Shown in pieces: positions 62,177 through 64,000 of a stretch of 64,000 bases of DNA (position 1 is the stretch's first letter; each line of letters starts with the position of its first letter). Source of the DNA: Eledone cirrhosa (Eukaryota); the NCBI GenBank assembly GCA_964016885.1, contig OZ024754.1, positions 4,898,001 to 4,962,000 of the forward strand. Direction: 5' to 3'. The notes under the pieces are model-generated. The model saw only the letters and a program-made list of their open reading frames with translations, was not told the origin of the DNA and did not search any database. A program made the translations under genes and the position numbers.

Positions 62177-63710
62177 AGCTGAGTGGACAAGAGCAACTTG
62201 AAATAAAGTGTCTTGTTCAAGGATACAATGTGCACACCTGGGGATCAAACTCACGACCTTACAATTGGTAGCTAAACATGTCACCACTTTACCACATGCC
62301 TTCACTCACTCACTTCCTTCACACATGATGCAAACAATTGGGAAACTGAGTATGCTGACATGTACTACACAGATTTCTATAAACACACACACATATATAC
62401 ATGTTCCCTTGAAAGATGCCGACAGTCTATCTATTTATATATCTCTCTCTTTCTCTTTCTATCATCATCATCATCGTTTAACGTCCATCTTCCACGCTAG
62501 CATGGGTTAGACGGGAGTTGTCCCACTCGAGGCAAGATTGGTTGGTTGACTGTGTCTCGCTCGTATAGGACTATCTGGCAGCTTTTCTACGGCTGGATGC
62601 CCTTCCTAACACCTTATATATATATATATATATATATATTCCCTCGACAGATGCGCATATTATATATAAGTATGTGTACAGACGTACAGTAGTATGTATA
62701 TGTATATATATATATATATGTACGTATGGGTTTACCGAACATGTATTATAATGTTCGGTTTGTTTGTAAACATGTCGAGAAAATATGTATATATATATAT
62801 ATACACACATTTTCTCGACATGCTCACAATTCTCTCTCTCTCTATATATATATATATACATACATACATATTCCCTTGAAAGATGCTCACATTATATATA
62901 AATATACACACATTTTCTCGACATGTTCAGATTCTATATATACATACATATTCCCCCAAAAGATTCCCAAATTCTATTTCTCGATTTCTTCCTCATTTTT
63001 TCATCAATTTACATGTTTTTTACATTTTGGCATGGGCTGAACGAGACTTTTTTGAGGCAGTGTTTTAAGGGCTGATAACCTTCGGGCTGCTGCTAACCCT
63101 TTTAAGTTACTTTCTATGACAACGCAGCAATAATTGTGTACCTATTCTATTATCTCACTTTCATTACACACACAGACACACATAGTCTCTCTCTTTGTGT
63201 GTATATATAATGTCATTGTATGTGTGTGTATGTTTGTATGTGATGCGTGTGTGTGTATAAAATGTGTGATTGCATGTTTGTATGTGTGTGTGTACAAGCA
63301 CACACACACACAGGTATCTGATCCAGCAGTGAAATGATCAGCTTTGAAATCCATATTCCTTACATGATATAAACAACTGCAAACGCCACCATCTCCACCA
63401 CTACTACAACTACCACTACCACTACTACTACTACCACTTCTACTACTACCACTTCCACTTCCACTACAACTACTACCACTTCCACTACTACAACTACCAC
63501 CTCTACTACTACCACCACCACTATTACCACTACTACTACTAAAACTATCCTACACCACCACCACCACTACTACTACTACTACTACCTAGTGGTATGTTTC
63601 ATTTTGTACCCCCCCCCCCTCATAATTTATTCAACAATCTTCAATGTATTCCATAATATAATCAAAGCAAGAGTCTATAAAGTTTTAATTCCCAACTGAA
63701 GATGTGACTA

Positions 63711-64000
63711 CACCCAGTACACCCTGTAAAGTTGTTGGTGTGGGTGCCATTTAAAAAGAATGCATGCAGTAGACTCTGTAAAGTTGTGTTGGTATTGGTG
63801 CCATGGAAAAATAAATGCACCCAGTACAGCCTGTAAAGTTGTTGTGTTGATGATGCCATGAAAAAAAAATGCACCCAGTGCACTCTGTAAAGTTATTGGT
63901 GTCATAAAAAAATGCACTCGTTACACTCTGTAAAGTTATTGTTGGTGTCAAAAAAAAATGCACCCAGTACACTCTGTAAAGTTGTTGGTGCCATAAAAAA
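63711..64000. repeat. About 43-55 bp minisatellite (CACCCAGTACACTCTGTAAAGTTGTTGGTGCCATAAAAAAATG) running off the window end
   Basis: Tandem units, similar to the SINE S2 segment at 25408-25457. Confidence 0.88.

Overview
Eukaryotic, very AT-rich, microsatellite-dominated genomic DNA. The SINE families and repeat landscape suggest an octopod cephalopod (inference). Nearly all ORFs in the supplied track are translations of (TA)n/(CA)n/(GA)n repeats. The one confidently recognised gene is the first coding exon of a Bcl11 (CTIP)-type zinc-finger gene at 52072-52123 (+), encoding MSRRKQGKPQ..., followed by GTAAGT. Its 5' leader holds a 17-codon uORF ending in an ATG-TAA start-stop element. The main unexplained structure lies between about 6 and 47 kb. 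It is a dense set of short non-coding elements inserted in (TA)n tracts, often as fold-back palindromes, carrying about 16 type I hammerhead ribozyme folds from at least 7 sequence families. Support includes compensatory stem changes and variation at the tolerant N7 position. Several have unusually long stem II arms or non-canonical cores, and several families share a 3' ACTC...TYGAGTRC hairpin. This looks like a Penelope-like-element-derived, ribozyme-bearing non-autonomous retroelement system. Also present: two tRNA-derived SINE families, a 5'-truncated L1/Tx1-like LINE with a 17-bp TSD, several minisatellites and weak candidate minus-strand exons. All structures were read by eye. No folding or database search was run.
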